From contig JAXDQU010000079.1 of assembly GCA_034667685.1 (NCBI GenBank), forward strand, positions 44,107 through 108,106: a stretch of DNA of 64,000 nt, in the 5' to 3' direction. Below are positions 62,677 to 64,000 of the stretch, in pieces (position 1 is the first letter of the stretch; the number at the start of each line of letters is the position of its first letter). Under the pieces are notes generated by a model that was not told where the DNA came from, made no database searches, and worked only from the letters and a program-made list of their open reading frames with translations. The stretch is from Thermoplasmata archaeon (GTDB taxonomy: Archaea > Thermoplasmatota > SW-10-69-26 > JACQPN01 > JAJPHT01). A program made the position numbers and the translations under genes.

Positions 62677-62717
62677 GGCGAACCATTTTCCGGGGCGCGC
62701 GCCTCGCCGCTCCGCCC

Positions 62718-63965
62718 ATGACCGAGCGCCCCCTCCTCGCGCCCGCGAACCTTGACGCCGCGCGCCGCGCCCAGGAGGAGTTCGGCCTCTGCGACGCCTG
62801 CCTGGGCCGCCGGTTCGGCAAGGTCGAGACGGGGCTCACGAACCAGCAGCGTGGCGCGCTCGTGCGCGAGGCCATCGGCGCCTCCGAGGTCGCGCCCTCC
62901 GCGTGCTTCGTCTGCGAGGGCCTCAGCGCCGACACCGACCTCTTCGCGGAGGCCGCCGTCGCCGCGATGGCGCCCTACGAGCACCGCCACTTCCTCGTGG
63001 GGACGCGCGTCGACCCCGCCATCGAGAGCCGGGACGCCGAGGTCAACGCCGCGCTGGGCACCGCCGCCACGGCCGAGCGCATCCAGGCGGAGCTCAACCG
63101 CGAGACGGGCAAGAAGGTCGCCGCGCGCAGCGGCAAGCCCGTGGACCTCAAGGCGCCCGACCTCGCCGCCGTCGTCGACACGCGCTTCCTCGACGCGGAG
63201 CTGCAGCACGGCGGGCTGTGCGTCTTCGGCCGTTACCGCAAGCTCGACCGCACCATCCCGCAGACGCGCTGGCCCTGCCGCCGCTGCCAGGGCAAGGGGT
63301 GCGTCGAGTGCCACGAGACGGGCAAGCAGTACGCGACCTCCGTCGAGGAGCTGGTCGCCGCGCCGTTCCTCGACGCCACCGGCGCGACGGAGGAGAGCTT
63401 CCACGGCGCCGGGCGCGAGGACATCGACGCGCGCACGCTGGGCACCGGCCGCCCGTTCATCCTGGAGCTGAAGGACCCGCGCGTGCGCGAGATCGACCTC
63501 GCGCGCTTCCCCCCGCTCGTGCAGGAGGTCAGCGGCGGCCGCGTCGAGGTCGAGGGGCTGCGCTTCGCGCCCAAGGCCGAGATCGTCGCCATCAAGGAGC
63601 ACCGCGGCAGCAAGACGTACCGGGCGGTCGTGGCGTTCCAGACGCGGGTCAGCGAGGCCTCGCTTCGATCGGCCCTGGACGTGCTCCGCGGCGCCACGAT
63701 CCAGCAGCGGACGCCCGAGCGCGTGCAGCACCGCCGCGCCGACCTCGTGCGCGAGCGCCGCGTCCTCGACATCCAGGCCGAAGCGCACCACGGCGAGACC
63801 GCGACGATCCGCGTCCACGGCGACGCGGGCCTCTACATCAAGGAGCTGATCTCCGGCGACGAGGGGCGCACCGAGCCTTCGTTGGCTGGGCTGCTTGGCG
63901 TCGGGGCGAAGGTCACGGAGCTTGATATCTTGGCCGTGGAGTACGAGGCGCCGTCCTCGACATGA
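62718..63965 (+). CDS. pus10: tRNA pseudouridine(54/55) synthase Pus10
   Basis: GRYRKLDRTIPQTRW, HGAGREDIDA, GRPF, QRTPERV.HRR, GLYIKEL. Confidence 0.95.
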   Translation: MTERPLLAPANLDAARRAQEEFGLCDACLGRRFGKVETGLTNQQRGALVREAIGASEVAPSACFVCEGLSADTDLFAEAAVAAMAPYEHRHFLVGTRVDPAIESRDAEVNAALGTAATAERIQAELNRETGKKVAARSGKPVDLKAPDLAAVVDTRFLDAELQHGGLCVFGRYRKLDRTIPQTRWPCRRCQGKGCVECHETGKQYATSVEELVAAPFLDATGATEESFHGAGREDIDARTLGTGRPFILELKDPRVREIDLARFPPLVQEVSGGRVEVEGLRFAPKAEIVAIKEHRGSKTYRAVVAFQTRVSEASLRSALDVLRGATIQQRTPERVQHRRADLVRERRVLDIQAEAHHGETATIRVHGDAGLYIKELISGDEGRTEPSLAGLLGVGAKVTELDILAVEYEAPSST

Positions 63966-64000
63966 TCCGAAAGGGGCTCTGGACGCCGGGGCGCTGGGCT

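Overview
64 kb of a very GC-rich archaeal chromosome (roughly 70-75% GC by eye), most likely an uncultured Thermoplasmatota. Support: archaeal uS10, Pus10, Elp3, an HU/HTa-type nucleoid protein, a TA0938-family gene, LysW and PGF-CTERM-like surface proteins. Content: housekeeping genes (rps10, elp3, lipA/lplA, ltaE, rlmE, mqnD, acs, pus10, tRNA-Cys, tRNA-Gln), a LysW-dependent aminoadipate lysine operon, a three-gene NHEJ operon (PE-remnant/ligase, Ku, LigD polymerase) beside a sugar/compatible-solute cluster, an HTH-V4R-glucan synthase operon, a VapBC-like pair, a frameshifted FRG gene and many secreted proteins. The most unusual signals are non-coding. (1) The AT-rich octamer TGATATCA/TGCTATCA occurs at least 19 times, mostly inside genes via rare codons. 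(2) Three ~55-60 bp hairpin inserts each duplicate and replace the 3' end of a host gene (rps10, a 3-hydroxyacyl-CoA dehydrogenase, tRNA-Gln). (3) About a dozen intergenic palindromes are built from 6-9 nt tandem units, alongside REP-like hairpins and a two-copy CTAG-flanked MITE. All calls are from reading the sequence by eye; no searches were run.
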